A stretch of 64,000 nucleotides of DNA from Chrysomallon squamiferum (GCA_012295275.1 CM022671.1:29016001-29080000), one strand, 5' to 3'; positions 33,287-48,662 are shown, numbered from the stretch's first letter. Notes: generated from the sequence alone by a model not told the origin. Made by a program: numbers and translations.

Positions 33287-34099
33287 GTGTGTATGTGTGT
33301 GTGTGCACACATGTCTATATCTACCAGTCTGTGTCTGTCTATCTTTCTATCTTTCTATATATTTATCTCTCTCTCAATCTATCTATCGATCTATCAATCT
33401 ATTAACTGTTTGGTTACATAGAAAGCATATATTACATATGTTTTCTAAGGAAAGACATCATTATTTACAAGAGGCTTGAGAAAGAAAAAATATTTCTGTA
33501 AAAAACATGACATTTATTGAACGCAATAAACACTATTTGTATTGGAATATAATCTCACTAAAGAACAGAAAAAAAAGAAAAAAAATGACATAAAAATATG
33601 ACAAATGCTGCATGTTATTGTTATTATTATTATTATTAAAAGTGGTGAATATAAAACTGACAATTGTTTTTTTTAATACACAAACAATACAGAAAACATT
33701 AAATTATTAACGCATCAATGACATTCTAACACAGACAACAAACAACATTTCAAATAATAACAACAACAAGAAGGAAAAAAAAAAAAAAACATCAGAAAAA
33801 CAAAAAAAAACTGTAAAAATGTAAATTTTTCATAATTTATCCTTGATCACAAATGAATCCCAAGTCACAATGGCTTCATTATAAGTGATTATCTTGTCTC
33901 CTAATCACTTTGGTACAGGACAAACAGACATTTCACATAAATCAGACGGAAACTGATGGTTCAAGGAAACCAAATCCTTTTGTGATTAACATTAAATTCC
34001 CAGCAGCAGTTTACAAACATGACAGTGTTGTCAGCAGTGGTTATCAGATACATCACACACTCAGAGACTGGTAAGCAGATAACAGTTTAATCAAGTAAC

Positions 34100-34760
34100 T
34101 TGAGTCAAGTGTAACCAAAGCTTTACTACAATCACTTGAGCTGAGTGTAACCACTGGTTTATTACAACCAAAAAAAACGAGGTTTTATTAAAAGTAACTT
34201 CATCTGAGTGTAACAAAGACTTTGAATAAATCGGAATGTAACCAAAGCTTTATTACAGTAATTCAGACTGAATTTTACCAAAGCTTTATTGTGGTAATTC
34301 AGACTGAATGTTACCAAAGCTTTATTGTAGTAATTCAGACTGAATGTTACCAAAGCTTTATTGTAATAATTCAGACTGAATGTAACCAAAGCTTTATTGT
34401 AGTAATTCAGACAATGTAATGTAACCAAAGCCTTATTATGGCAATTCAGAATGAATGTAACCAAAGCTTTTTTATGGTATTTCAAACTGAATGTAACCAA
34501 AGCTTTATTGTAGTAGTTCAGACTGAATGTAATATAACCAAAGCCTTATTATGGCAATTCAGACTGAATGCAACCAAAGCTTTGTTACTGTAATTGACAC
34601 TAAATGTAACCAAATCTTTATTGTGAAAATCAGAAATACACCAGCACTTTCGCAGTGATAATTTAAGACTTTATCACAACAACTTATAACAGCTGTAACC
34701 AGAGCTTTACTGTGATATCTGGAGCCACGTATGTGTGTAACCAAAGCCTTTCATTATGAT
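34100..34760. repeat. 36-bp minisatellite (ccaaagctttattgtagtaattcagactgaatgtaa), degenerate edges
   Basis: Tandem units; accounts for the 12-aa periodic ORF NYYNKALVTFSL. Confidence 0.9.
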
Positions 34761-36279
34761 AACTTGAGAAACTCCTGGGCTTTACTCAAACAACGGGAGC
34801 TGTGTGTAATCAAACCGATTTTCTTCAATAAATGGATTTTATTCTCAGCCTGCAGAGAGATCCACGGTTCTGCTACCACGCTGTTTTCCAGCTTTGTTAG
34901 AACCATCAGATCCTATCAGCGCTGAGCCCCAAACAATTAACTTGTGTGTGCCAGACATGAATCAGGGATAAATGGCTGTGTGGAGTCCAGCTTCGGTCAT
35001 CAGGGATTGCGGTCAAGTATACTGATAACGGTATTGATACAAAAGATGATTTTGATATGTTGATTATGATCCCACTGATACACTAACTTGATTATTATCC
35101 TGGCCGTAGACAGACAGACAGACAGAAAGAAAGAGAGACAGATGGAGATCGTTAACAGCTAGAGAAAGAATGTAATCAGATCACCAGCACATGTGTTATA
35201 TAAATGAACACGCATTTGTATGTATTTATGTATCTATACATACACATAACCAGATACATACATGCATAACCACTTACAGATATACATACAGATGTACACA
35301 TTTATAAGTACAGAGACACACAAACACATATGTGCACACAGTCAAGAAATCCATTCATACAAAAAAACCTACATACTCATTCACAGGCAGTATGTGCAAA
35401 GAGATTCAGTGACAGATTTAAAGACATACAGACATACACACATATATACAAATACTCAAGCAATCCATTCACACACAAAAACTAGATACATATTCACAGG
35501 TAATATGTGCAAAGAAAGAATACAATGAGACAAATAAACAGACACACAAACACACACACATGTAAAACATTCACACACAAAATCAACATAAATATTCACA
35601 GATTCTGTACAGACAAATTTACTGAAACACACATAAACACACACAGATACACACACATACACACAAACATATAGCTGCACATAATAATTATATAAGTGAA
35701 CAGACAGAAAATTCATTAAAAAAAATTCCCCAACAATTGATTACTAGCAATAATATCAGACAACTCAAGGGAGATAAATCTTACTGAAAATATATTATAA
35801 TAATGTGGTCAAAATAGTTCATCCCAAAAGCTCATAAACTGCTTAATGATTTTAATTTATAAATTCATACATATACACACTCAGAGAGAAAACTTATATA
35901 CAACATAACAAGTCTTTCTTTTAATGATTTCTTTTTTAATTATTATTATTGTAAAGTTTATCAAATTAAATATTGTTGTGGATGTGTTTATGTAACTATG
36001 GATGTGAAATTATCAAATTTGTAAGTTGAAAAAAAAAAAAAAAAAAAAAGTGTTCTGTTTTCAAATAGTTTTGATTGACTGATTAACTGAATAGTTTATT
36101 TTATTTTATTTTGTTTTATTCTTTTTAAACATTTTAATTGTTATTATTATTGTTATTTTATAAATATTGTTTAAAGCTAGTTGTTTATTACAAAAGCTAG
36201 TAGTGATACTGCAGTTTAAGTAACAAGACACCAGGTACAATAATCTAAAAAGGTACAGATGATACAACAGTTTATATTG

Positions 36280-37850
36280 TCATACTACTAGTAACAGTAC
36301 ATAGTTTGACTGTACACTAACATTTTATTTTGAACTGTATACTAACAGTACACAATTTATACTGTACACATTTCATACTGTACACTAACAGTACATATTT
36401 TATACTGTACACTAACAGCACATGTTTTATACTGTACACTAACAGCACATATTTTATACTGTACACTAACAGCACATATTTTATACTGTACACTAACAGC
36501 ACATATTTTATACTGTACACTAACAGCACATATTTCATACTGTACACTAACAGCACATATTTTATACTGTATACTAACAGCACATATTTTATACTGTATA
36601 CTAACAGCACATGTTTTATACTGTATACTAACAGCACATATTTCATACTGTACACTAACAGCACACAATTTATACTGTACACATTTCATACTGTATACTA
36701 ACAGCACATATTTCATACTGTACACTAACAGTACACAATTTATACTGTACACATTTCATACTGTATACTAACAGTACATATTTTATCCTGTATACTAACA
36801 GCACATATTTTATCCTGTATACTAACAGCACATATTTTATACTGTATACTAACAGCACATAATTTATACTGTATACTAACAGCACATGTTTTATACTGTA
36901 TACTAACAGCACATATTTCATACTGTACACTAACAGCACACAATTTATACTGTACACATTTCATTCTGTATACTAAAAGCACATATTTCATACTGTACAC
37001 TAACAGTACACAATTTATACTGTACACATTTCATACTGTATACTAACAGTACATATTTTATACTGTACACTAACAGCACATATTTTATACTGTACACTAA
37101 CAGCACATGTTTTATACTGTACACTAACAGCACATATTTTATACTGTACACTAACAGCACATGTTTCATACTGTATACTAACAGCATATATTTCATACTG
37201 TATACTAACAGCACATATTTTATCCTGTATACTAACAGCACATATTTTATACTGTATACTAACAGCACATATTTTATACTGTATACTAACAGCACATATT
37301 TCATACTGTATACTAACAGCACATATTTCATACTGTATACTAACAGCACATAGTTTCATACTGTACACTAACAGCACATATTTCATACTGTATACTAACA
37401 GCACATGTTTCATACTGTATACTAACAGCACATATTTTATACTGTATACTAACAGCACATATTTCATACTGTATACTAACAGCACATGTTTCATACTGTA
37501 TACTAACAGCACATAATTTATACTGTACACTAACAGCATATAATTTATACTGTACACTAACAGTACATATGCTATACCATACACTAACAGTACATATTCT
37601 ATACCATACACTAACAGTACATATGCTATACCATACACTAACAGTACATATTCTATACCATACACTAACAGTACATATTTTATACCGTACACTAACAGCA
37701 TATATAACAGTACACTATACCATACACTAACAGCACATATTTTATACTGTACACTAACAGCACATAATTTATACCATACACTAACAGTACATATGCTATA
37801 CCATACACTAACAGTACATATTCTATACCATACACTAACAGTACACATAT
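36280..37850. repeat. 27-bp minisatellite, about 55 copies (tactgtacactaacagcacatatttta)
   Basis: Tandem units with interspersed truncated units; accounts for the 9-aa periodic ORFs YVLLVYSIK. Confidence 0.97.
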
Positions 37851-38969
37851 TTTATCCTATAGTATCTGTTCATTACAGGCTAATGACCTTGACACTGGAT
37901 GATTTCTACTTATCAGCTAATGGTGAGGTTTTCATAATGGAGGGGTTTTTTTGTTGTTGTTTTTTGTATCCGTTTGTTTTTAATGTTCATAATGCAAGAC
38001 AGCAGCTGCACTGCGACAATTAACTGTAAAGAAACTGCTGAAAACAGCTCTGTGAAAGATGTGGCTCAGGCTGATCACTGGGTAAAAATGTGTGTCACAT
38101 GATAACCAAAGCTGGTGGATGAGTTAACGATGATGACTTTATTCAAAGAAATGGGTCTGAAGGACAAGCTGGTAATCAAAATGAAAATGAAGGCCTGTTA
38201 AGTCAGTGGTGGATCTAATGTGAACTTAAGAGGGGAGTCCAAAGATTTATCAAGTTCCAAACATGGATGGAAGTGTCTTTGATTCACCTGTGACGTTTAT
38301 GGTAAATGTTGACAGGTAGTCTCAATGCTCCTTTAAGCCTAAATGGAAGAGTCGTGAACACTTTTGTTCCAGTTTCAAATTTTCAACCAATCAGTTTCTA
38401 TATATACAGATTTAGTTTCCAACAATGGGCTTGTAATGTATTTGCTGTATAAGTACTGTACAGAAATATTCTAAATATTATAAAAGTCTATGTTACTATA
38501 ATATGATGTGATGAATTTTTGATAATATTACTTGTTCTCATTCTAATTTTAATTGTTATTTTTATTATGATGTATAACAGGCCTACTTAACCAGGACTAT
38601 TAAACAAAAACAAACAAAAAAATCGCTGGTTACAGAAATGTGTTAAATATAATATTACATTGTACTATCAACACAATCCTGTGTTAAATGAGGCTTTTAA
38701 TGAAACAGCTTGACTGACACAAATGTGTTACAAATGAAACATAATACTACGATTTACTAAACTACTCAGCCGTTTATTTAACAATATATTCACTTTCAAG
38801 AGACAATAAACGTATTTTCTGTTGTTGTTCATAGCATTAATTATATATTCACCTTTCTCATGCTTTCATTTTTCCTCTATTACTCACTTTTTCTCTCAAT
38901 CTTTTTAAATTTTTATTCTATTTCTCTCTCACACACTCTTTCACTTCATCTGTCACTCTCTTACTTATT

Positions 38970-39089
<120 letters not shown>

Positions 39090-39162
39090 CTGGTTCTAAT
39101 TACCTAAAAATAAATACTGATATTTTTTCTTTATTTTCTCTTTATCATTTGTCATTTGTTTC

Positions 39163-39194
<32 letters not shown>

Positions 39195-39574
39195 GTTGTT
39201 GTTGTTGTTGGGTTTTTTTGGTTTGTTTGTTTTGTGTTTTTCTTTGTTTCTTATATTTGCTTTTTGTTTTTGTGTTTTTAAATTCTGAAAAGTTATGAAA
39301 TGAAAGAATCACTGGAACACATCTGGCAGATACTGCTGATGTTAATGAATTGTTTGTCCTCAGCCAGAGAGCAACTCATCTCAGATTACACTGACACTTG
39401 TTCCAGGACAGTCATCCTTTCTCATTTTCATTTTTATTTTTATTTTTATTTTTATTTTTATTATCTTTTTTTATTTTTTTTTTTTTTTTTCAAATTTCTT
39501 TTACAACCAGTACTGGTTTATCTAAACTTTGAAATATTACAATAGGAAAAATATCTGATATATATAAATGCATG

Positions 39575-39620
<46 letters not shown>

Positions 39621-40019
39621 CTTTGCAAAAAAGTAAAAACTTTATAAAGTATATAAATGAAAGATTTAGATCAAATATAAAAATAAAGTGTATCAATCAA
39701 CTAAAAAGAAAGAAAGAAAGAAAAAACATCCAAAAAATCCCAAACAAAAAAATACATAAACCCCCACCAAGATTAAAAATCCTTTGAGACATGATATCAC
39801 TGCATTTGAGCACTGGTTAGCTCAGTGGATCACTGTGAGTTTATGATTCTGGTGTTTTTAATGTTTGTTATTGCTAAACGAATAAACTGTGCTTCAGCAT
39901 GTATATCTGTTAACATAGTCTAACTTCACATTAATTCTATATAACAGTACATTTGTATTCTACAGCAGTATCATGTTATACACAGAGAAACAAACTGTGA
40001 GACAGACAGACAGACAGAC

Positions 40020-40061
<42 letters not shown>

Positions 40062-40175
40062 AAATTGTATAAGAATACTACCACGGTGTACTTGTAGGTC
40101 AATTTCTTGGGGTTTTTTAAGCTCTGCACTTTCAAATATTTTCATTGTTTTAATGAGTCCTCCATTTTCAAGAGT

Positions 40176-40291
<116 letters not shown>

Positions 40292-40767
40292 TATGTACTC
40301 TATGATTAATTGTGTTTTTCCCTTATATACTTAATACAGTTTAACACAAGGCAAAGTCTGAACCCTGGAAAATTTCCACTTTATTAGCTCTGTTCACTGA
40401 AGCATGTCTGTCTTTGACAAGTAAACAGAAAACATTTTACATTAACCAAACCCTATTGATTATTCGGCATCAATCAGAATTGTTGATAAGTCTAGATTGG
40501 TGTATAAAAAATAAAAAAATTAATAATCCAAATTAATCAAAATGTTAGTCTTTCTGCAATCTTTCATTTCTCCCTACACCACCCCAAACCTTTTTTATAC
40601 TTCATTATCTTTTGAATTAACCTGAGAATATTCTACATTAAAAAAAATAAAAATAAAAATTTCAATTAATGTTGTTTTGCTGGTGAAAATGTTGGCATCA
40701 GTCCTTTAGGAATAGAATAAAAAGAAATGGCATGCGAGCTAGCAGTGGTAATTGTTAATGCCTGCAT

Positions 40768-40806
<39 letters not shown>

Positions 40807-41302
40807 ACATAAAATTGTATAGCTGAAAAGGAGTGGGAGAGAGATAATCAACTCACTTTTTCTTTCTTTTTTTTTTTTTTTTTGTTCAAAATAAGAAAAC
40901 TGCCAGAGAATCAGTATTTGATTTAATTGTTAGTCTTATTGCTGTTCTTATTTCTGTTAATGTTGTATTTTTTTTTAATTGATGGTGATGAACATGCATG
41001 CAGATATATGTATAATAATTAACAAATTTTTTTTTTTAACACACACAAATACAGACACACAGACACAGAGACACAAAATCTTTTATAAGCAGGTAAGTAC
41101 CACCTGTAGCTTTGCTAAATTAGTAGTGAGGCACAAGCCCAGAATGGGAAAACTGTACAAAGGTGTCACAATATAAAGGAAGACATCAAATGTAAAGCAA
41201 TAAATGTAAACATAAAGGAACTGCGTGTCTTATTTTAAAAACACAAACCACGTAACTTGTATGAAAAGACATCCACCTGTTCCACTGTAACCTTTTGATT
41301 TG

Positions 41303-41634
41303 CATAAAATGACACACCCATCCACCCCCTGTCCCCAGTGCAACAGTGTGACTTGTCTAAAATGACACACCCATCCACCCCCTGTCCCCAGTGCAACAGT
41401 GTGATTTGTCTAAAATGACACACCCATCCACCCCCTGTCCCCAGTGCAACTGTGTGACCTGTATAAAATGACACACCCATCCACCCCCTGTCCCCACTGC
41501 AATAATGTGACTTGTATAAAATGACACACCAATCCACCCCCTGTCCCCACTGCAATAATGTGACTTGTATAAAATGACACACCCATCCACCCCCTGTCCC
41601 CACTGCAATAATGTGACTTGTATAAAATGACACT
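41303..41634. repeat. 53-bp minisatellite, about 6 copies, G-rich on the minus strand
   Basis: Unit tataaaatgacacacccatccaccccctgtccccactgcaataatgtgacttg; anchor positions 41311, 41364, 41417, 41470, 41523, 41576, 41629. Confidence 0.95.
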
Positions 41635-41637
41635 CAC

Positions 41638-41647
41638 CTGACCCCAT
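41638..41647 (-). CDS. Start-codon segment (M-G-S-G) of unidentified minus-strand gene; whole exon 41638-41752
   Basis: Minus strand: tttaatcttttttaacag| at 41753, exon ends aaaATGGGGTCAG|gtgagt (strong donor); phase 1 joins the 12233 exon to give MGSGAS. Confidence 0.65.
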
Positions 41648-42016
41648 TTTCGTGGCTTTCTGTAACAGCGAGATCTGTTACACAGTTTCAATAATCCACT
41701 CAGATTCCATCCTGGATGCTGCCAGTATCTGCTGTTTTGTCATCACTTTGAACTGTTAAAAAAGATTAAAATAATAATTAAATAAATAAAAAATGAATAT
41801 TATTCATTCATACAAGTGCTAGAATCAATAATTACAGTCACCATCTGAAATGTTAAAAAAATATATATAAAATTCATTATTATTATTAATTCACTCATTA
41901 TAAATAATAGTATTATAATCTATACTAAAAATCTGAAATGTAAAAAAAAAAAAAAAAATGTTTTTATCACTAATTTGCCATTATAAATAATGTTCTAAGA
42001 AGCCAGTATAATTACT

Positions 42017-42079
<63 letters not shown>

Positions 42080-42716
42080 AAGTTTCAACGAAGCCTAAAC
42101 AACAATAACTCGTTTACTCTCAAACAATGACTGGTTTATTTTAGCACAATTTCCTCCAACTTAGCGTGTCAATTTTTATATTTTATCATAACAGAAGCAA
42201 TATCAATGCCTCACTGACAATAAAACATTTTCTTTGGATTTAATAAAAAACCTCATAAACCTTTCTGCAGTTTGTGTTTGTTTGCGTGTGGGTGTATATG
42301 TCTTTGTAATAAACAGTGTTAAAAGTCATGTGACAATTTAAGTGAAGTATAATCTGATAATAGACAAATAGATATGTAGTCAGATAGAGATAGATAGAGA
42401 GACAGACAATCAAACAGACAGTCAAATAGACAGAAGACAGACAGACATACATACAGATATTTCATTCACAAAAGAGTACATCATTACCATATATTAAACT
42501 GCATCGATCACATGAGGCATCCATTACACTCAGTAATGTTTTAAAATTACAAATGTAATGATTTTACTCCTGGAACATATATCCCAAGTGTTATGTCAAT
42601 AACCATATACAAGCAGTGCCATTTTTACCCATATTGTTCACTATGCCATTTTTCCCAGATGCCTTTTTTCCCAGATGCCTTTTTTTTTTACCAGTGCCAT
42701 TTTTTCCTACACCCAA

Positions 42717-42750
<34 letters not shown>

Positions 42751-42978
42751 GTCAAATGTATTGACATAAAAACTGAAATTTCTATACAAAAGATAATTCT
42801 CTAAGGGTTTTCCTTTTTCTTTTTGATTTAAAAAAAAATACTATACAGAATAGTAAATGGGTTTTTTTTGCTCATTTTTTTTTTAATTTTTTAATTTTAT
42901 GGTATTTTATTTTGATTCAATATCTTGTTTTCCTGTATGTAGAAAGAATGATACATAGAGAGACAGAGAGGAAGAGAG

Positions 42979-43042
<64 letters not shown>

Positions 43043-43657
43043 TAGACAGGTTTAGATTATATACATAAGAAGATTGATTTAGTTACAAATGCTCACTATG
43101 TTTTTATGCAAATATCTACATCTGTATCAATAGGATATGGATATACATATACATATACATATATACATATATACCTATATATATATATATATATATATAT
43201 TTATTGAGTTGATTATGTGTATCAACCAATGCCTCCCCCACAACATTTAATGATTTTACAGATTATTTTAATTTCCAAACATTACCATTCATTTCCTGAT
43301 CAGTATCCGTGGTTAACCACATTTTCACGTATTCAGATATTCAATATTTTATCTGTAGATGTGTCAATATTTGATTCTACAAACCAGCCATGCTCACTCA
43401 GTTAAAGTTCACTCTGAATAAATATATTAAATAATAGATAAAAATAACTAAAAGTTATATTATTATTATTATAATTTCTTTTTTATTATCATTATTTATT
43501 TATTTATTTATTTTATTTTATTTTATTTTATTTTTTTCGTTGCTTATGTGTTGGTTTAGTTACTGTTTGTAATTATTACTACTTTTTTAAATATTTATTT
43601 TATTACTTTTTATATTATTACTGATGTTGTTATTGTTGTTACTGTTATTATTATCAT

Positions 43658-43691
<34 letters not shown>

Positions 43692-44127
43692 GTAAATTAT
43701 CATCATCATTTATATATTTATTTTATGTATACTTCCTTATTTAGTTATTTATTAAATTTGCTTATGTTTCTGATAGAAAAAGCAGGATATACTAAAGACA
43801 CCAATACTGAAATAATATCTCTTCCATTACCATTAACCTTTGTTTCAGAAAAAGATTACCTTTCAATGCCACAGTTTCCACAGCCTCTTTCAGATAAATA
43901 TAAAAAAAGACAATAGGGAAACATCTATTTAAAATAACAAGTACCTGCAAAAGAAATGCATGGTGATTTAAAAAAAACAAAAAAAAAAAACAATTGCCTT
44001 ATGGGTATGGTTTCCGAATGTAGGCCTGTGACAAATATAAATCAGTATGCAATAAGCAGACATGTATTTTTATGTATAGCAACCTTTCTACCAGACAAGC
44101 TATATAAAATTATATATTTATAAAGAT

Positions 44128-44347
44128 CAAGGGCAAATCCAGAATACATGAAAAGGTGGATTCCTTGTCTGTTGCTGGACAAACTATTCCCTTAAAAAAA
44201 GGTTTTATTTTAAAGAAGAGCAGAAATCTTGATTTTTGAAAACAAGCAGGTGATTGTAAGTGGGTGCATTTCTGCAAGATCAGATTACATTGGTCATAAA
44301 AAGGGTGTGACAGTTAGTGGGTGCACACACCCTAGATCTACCTAATG
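44128..44347. mobile_element. Possible decayed MITE with CAGGGGCGGATCYAG-type termini
   Basis: Left caagggcaaatccag, right ctagatctacctaatg; imperfect inverted match and no target-site duplication visible. Confidence 0.25.
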
Positions 44348-45093
44348 TAGACGGTGCCTCTGGGTGTGGGGCAGATGCTAGATAAAAAGGTTATGATGCT
44401 CTTGTGCTTGAGGCTGTGTGACTGATGTGTTTCCTTGAAACCTGCTGATAAAGTCAGTTACTGATTCTGGCAGAAACACACACATATCGTGATTACAAGT
44501 TTAACTTTAAAACAGTGAGGAAATGTGAGATGTGTCGTATATATTCAACAACAGTGAGAGCCTTGTTCAAAATAAATATTATAATTTGCTACATATAAAA
44601 AATAAATAAACAAAAAAAAATCATTTCTCTTCTCATTATTTATTTATTTTTTTTTTTTTTTTTTTTTTTTAGTTTTAGTTGGGTTTTTTTTATTTTTAAA
44701 AAATGTTTGGATTATTTTTTTAATCATGGAAATAATGATGACAATCTACCTTTTTTATTTTTTCATTATACTTCTTTTTTTTAAATATTCATTTTTTGCA
44801 TATATATATATATTTTTTTTTTATCCTCCTTCTTTTTTTTTTTTTTTCAATTTGTATATTTGGCAGATAGATTAATTGTTAAAGTAATGGAAGAGTTATA
44901 GTATGTGACAGATGTCTGAACCTACCAGAATGAGATATATTGATTTCAGGCTGACAGTAATAAAGACATAACAACATCGGAAATGTCTTGGCTAAAAGAA
45001 AATTAAAGAAAACTACACCAGCCAGATCAGTCACGATCTGAGCAAATTTATACATGACAAATACAGATGTGTATAAATGAACACCCACACACA

Positions 45094-45142
<49 letters not shown>

Positions 45143-45756
45143 TTATACAGATATGTACATACACATATTCATTACATATGTATGTATATATGTATGTATA
45201 TATATGTACACAAATACATATAAACATAATGTATATGCATACAAACACATAAATATAAACACATGATTTACTACATTCATACATTCATACATATACACAT
45301 ATTTACATACATCCTCGTGTGTACACATACATGCATAAATACATACTCATACTTCCATACAGAGAAACACATACATGTTAATACATATAATATTATAGAT
45401 AAAAACAGATACACACACACATACTACCTGTATTGGTACAGTTATACTTCAGAAAAATACAAGGTGATTTAGGACTATTGATTTGGTACAACATAGTACA
45501 GGTACATGTTTGTTTCAATGCCTGACCTGGTACAATGTTGTACCCACATGTATAATTTGCCTTAGTAACACTGAACAAAAATTAAGATATTCTGTGGGAG
45601 TGGTAAACATCTTGTGTGTTATCTGTCAAACTTTTAGATAACAGAAAAGCAGTAAACATTCAAACATATTTTGTTTCTTTTTTTCTTGTTTATCAAATCA
45701 GCATGATATATTGAATTTGTACAACTCACTTAAAGAAAAATTTGAATAACAACAAC

Positions 45757-45822
<66 letters not shown>

Positions 45823-46225
45823 TAATAATTAAAAATAAATAAAAAAAATTATATAATACTAAAAAAAAAATTAATAATAATTTAACTGGAAATAAATTCT
45901 TCAGGAAACTGGCTTAGTGCACAGGTTAAATGAACATTATAAGCTTAATAAATAAAATGAATTAATTAAATATGGAAAGACTGAATAAATGAATTTATTA
46001 AATATTGAAATAAAGAAAGAAATAAATGCTGAATGAATGAATAAATGTTTAACTGATATCATAAAGTGTTAAATACTAACATAACTTTGATAAATGCCAA
46101 ATAATCAAAAATCATATGCAAAATAAGTAATGAAAATGTACATATATTACATTGAAAAGTGTCTTTAACTATCTGCCTCATTTTATTTCCCTACCTAAAT
46201 CTTTGTTTCTTTCCATTCATTTTCT

Positions 46226-46297
<72 letters not shown>

Positions 46298-46544
46298 GTA
46301 TGCGTAAAGAAGTATTATATAATCGATGTCATACAAATCGCATCATACACACGAAATGCTGCCAATAATCAAATATCACAGATACAAGATATTTCACAAA
46401 ACACATATTAAATTATCTCAGATATCAAATATTCAACACACACATATCAAATACCACCAATATCAAATATCGCACGCACACATATTGAACATTACAAGTC
46501 TCTCACATCTCAAGCTTATTGAATATGACAAATAATTTACATGC

Positions 46545-46868
46545 ACTGGCCTCGTTTTGTTTTTTGCCCTAATGTTCCTCATTAGCAAGCATCTCCACGT
46601 AGTTCACTGCAAATCACGGCCATTTCTCTCATTAATTTGAAAAAATAATTAGCAAAGTACCTTCTTGATAAGACTTGCTAAAAGCTACAGTGACATTTGA
46701 AAGACAATAGTTTGCGTATTTTGATGGAAATGGGAAAAAAAAAAAAAAAAAAAAAATTCAAAAATCAATGAAACCGTGTTTAGCCTCCAGGCACATATAA
46801 AATATTGTGTATGATACACGTTCTTTACGCTTCTTTATTGCTGGCCTCACTGGCACTGAAAGGGTTAA
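46545..46868. mobile_element. Possible piggyBac-type non-autonomous element, one end only
   Basis: Segment ends ggcactgaaaGGG|TTAA (46865-46868), the piggyBac-type terminus; locally more CpG; matching other end not found. Confidence 0.3.
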
Positions 46869-46987
46869 TCTTTCATCGAGCCAAGGTTTGCTTAACAAAC
46901 ACAATGCTCAGTAATTACAGCTTTTCTGATTAAAACTGCATGTTTTTAATCTAAGAATTTACCTTAATCTGCTTATTTGTGGAGGGA

Positions 46988-47038
<51 letters not shown>

Positions 47039-47895
47039 AAGCATGTAAGTTGTGTTTATAGGTATGCATATAATAAAAATTATATTTATAGTGTGTTTTG
47101 TGTTGTGTATTCTGTATGTAGAGGATGCATGTTTAACTGCATAGGTGTACAGGTGTGCATTCTTTTGTGTGTTCTTATATGTGTGTGTATCTGTGTGTAT
47201 GTATATATAATTTGTATGTGATCATGGTAGGCATATTGTGTGTGTGTGTGTGTGAGTGTGGGTGGTGGGTGTTTGTGGGTGCGTGTAGGTGGGTGGGTGC
47301 GTGTAGGTGGGTGGGTGCGTGTGTGTGTATTACAATAATACAAAATACTTGCCTATTTATCAACAATACATACATACTTCAAAATGTACACTATACATTA
47401 AAATATACATTAGACACTTCACTGTATACCAAACAATAATTCCAGACCAGTCCAATATTGACACTGTCACAAATGAAAGATAAGCTGAGTGAAACTATTC
47501 TATTTACAGCTGGTAAAGCAACAATCCAAGTGGATAAAACTTTGAATGCGAGGTTACACCAGCGTGGCCATGGTCCACTGAGTACTTCAACTTTTCTTTG
47601 ATAAAATATTCATTTATTATGAGCTTAGCATTGTGAAAGTCAGAGTGGACTGATTCAGTTGTTGGTTCAATGATTAATGTCCAAACACTTTCTGAATGAG
47701 CAGTGGCACAGGACTCTGCATGACCAGACTGTTTTCAATAGTGAAAGTTAGAGTTAAATAATTGGTCTGAAGATAGACTGGGTGTAATGAAAACATATAC
47801 AGAGATAGGAGAATGAATGAGAGAGAGAAGAAAGAGAGAAAGAAAGAACGAAAATGTTTGTACATTCATGATTATTTTCACGTATGTTTTAAAAA

Positions 47896-47929
<34 letters not shown>

Positions 47930-47949
47930 TGTGTGTGCACTGACATACA

Positions 47950-48056
47950 TTTACACACACACACACACACACAAATACACACACACAATCACTCAGTAAC
48001 ACAAAAATATACATTACATAAATACACACCCAAAACATATCTAACAGAGGTGTACA

Positions 48057-48093
<37 letters not shown>

Positions 48094-48347
48094 TAATAAT
48101 TATAATAATAGTAACATACACACACACACACAAACACTCACACACACACACACTCTCTCTCACACACACACACACACACACTCTTTCACACAAACACACA
48201 CACACACGCTCTCACACACATACACAAACACACACACACATTCTCTCACACACACACACACACACACACACATTCTCTCTCACACAACACACACACACAC
48301 ACACACATTCTCTCTCACACACACTCACACACACACACATTCTCTCT

Positions 48348-48378
<31 letters not shown>

Positions 48379-48385
48379 TCTATCT

Positions 48386-48444
<59 letters not shown>

Positions 48445-48525
48445 ACTTAGTAACACAAAAATATACATTACATAAATACACACCCAAAACATATCTAACA
48501 GAGGTGTACAATATATAATAATAAC

Positions 48526-48558
<33 letters not shown>

Positions 48559-48662
48559 GTAATAATTATAATAATAGTAACACACACACACACACACAAA
48601 CACACTCTCACACACACACACACACTCACACACACACACACTCACACACACACACATACACT

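Noticed and set aside
36317-37848. Long periodic ORFs (YVLLVYSIK, ILYTNSTYF), up to 277 aa
   Set aside because: A 27-bp unit lacking stops in some frames gives open frames on both strands, and truncated units shift the frame.
38030-38330. Coding-looking purine-rich segment on +
   Set aside because: The frames I translated hit stops within about 30 codons, with no clear splice-site pair or recognisable motif.
39818-39860. tRNA-like A-box (ttagctcagtgg)
   Set aside because: No B-box or cloverleaf follows; at most a decayed SINE head.
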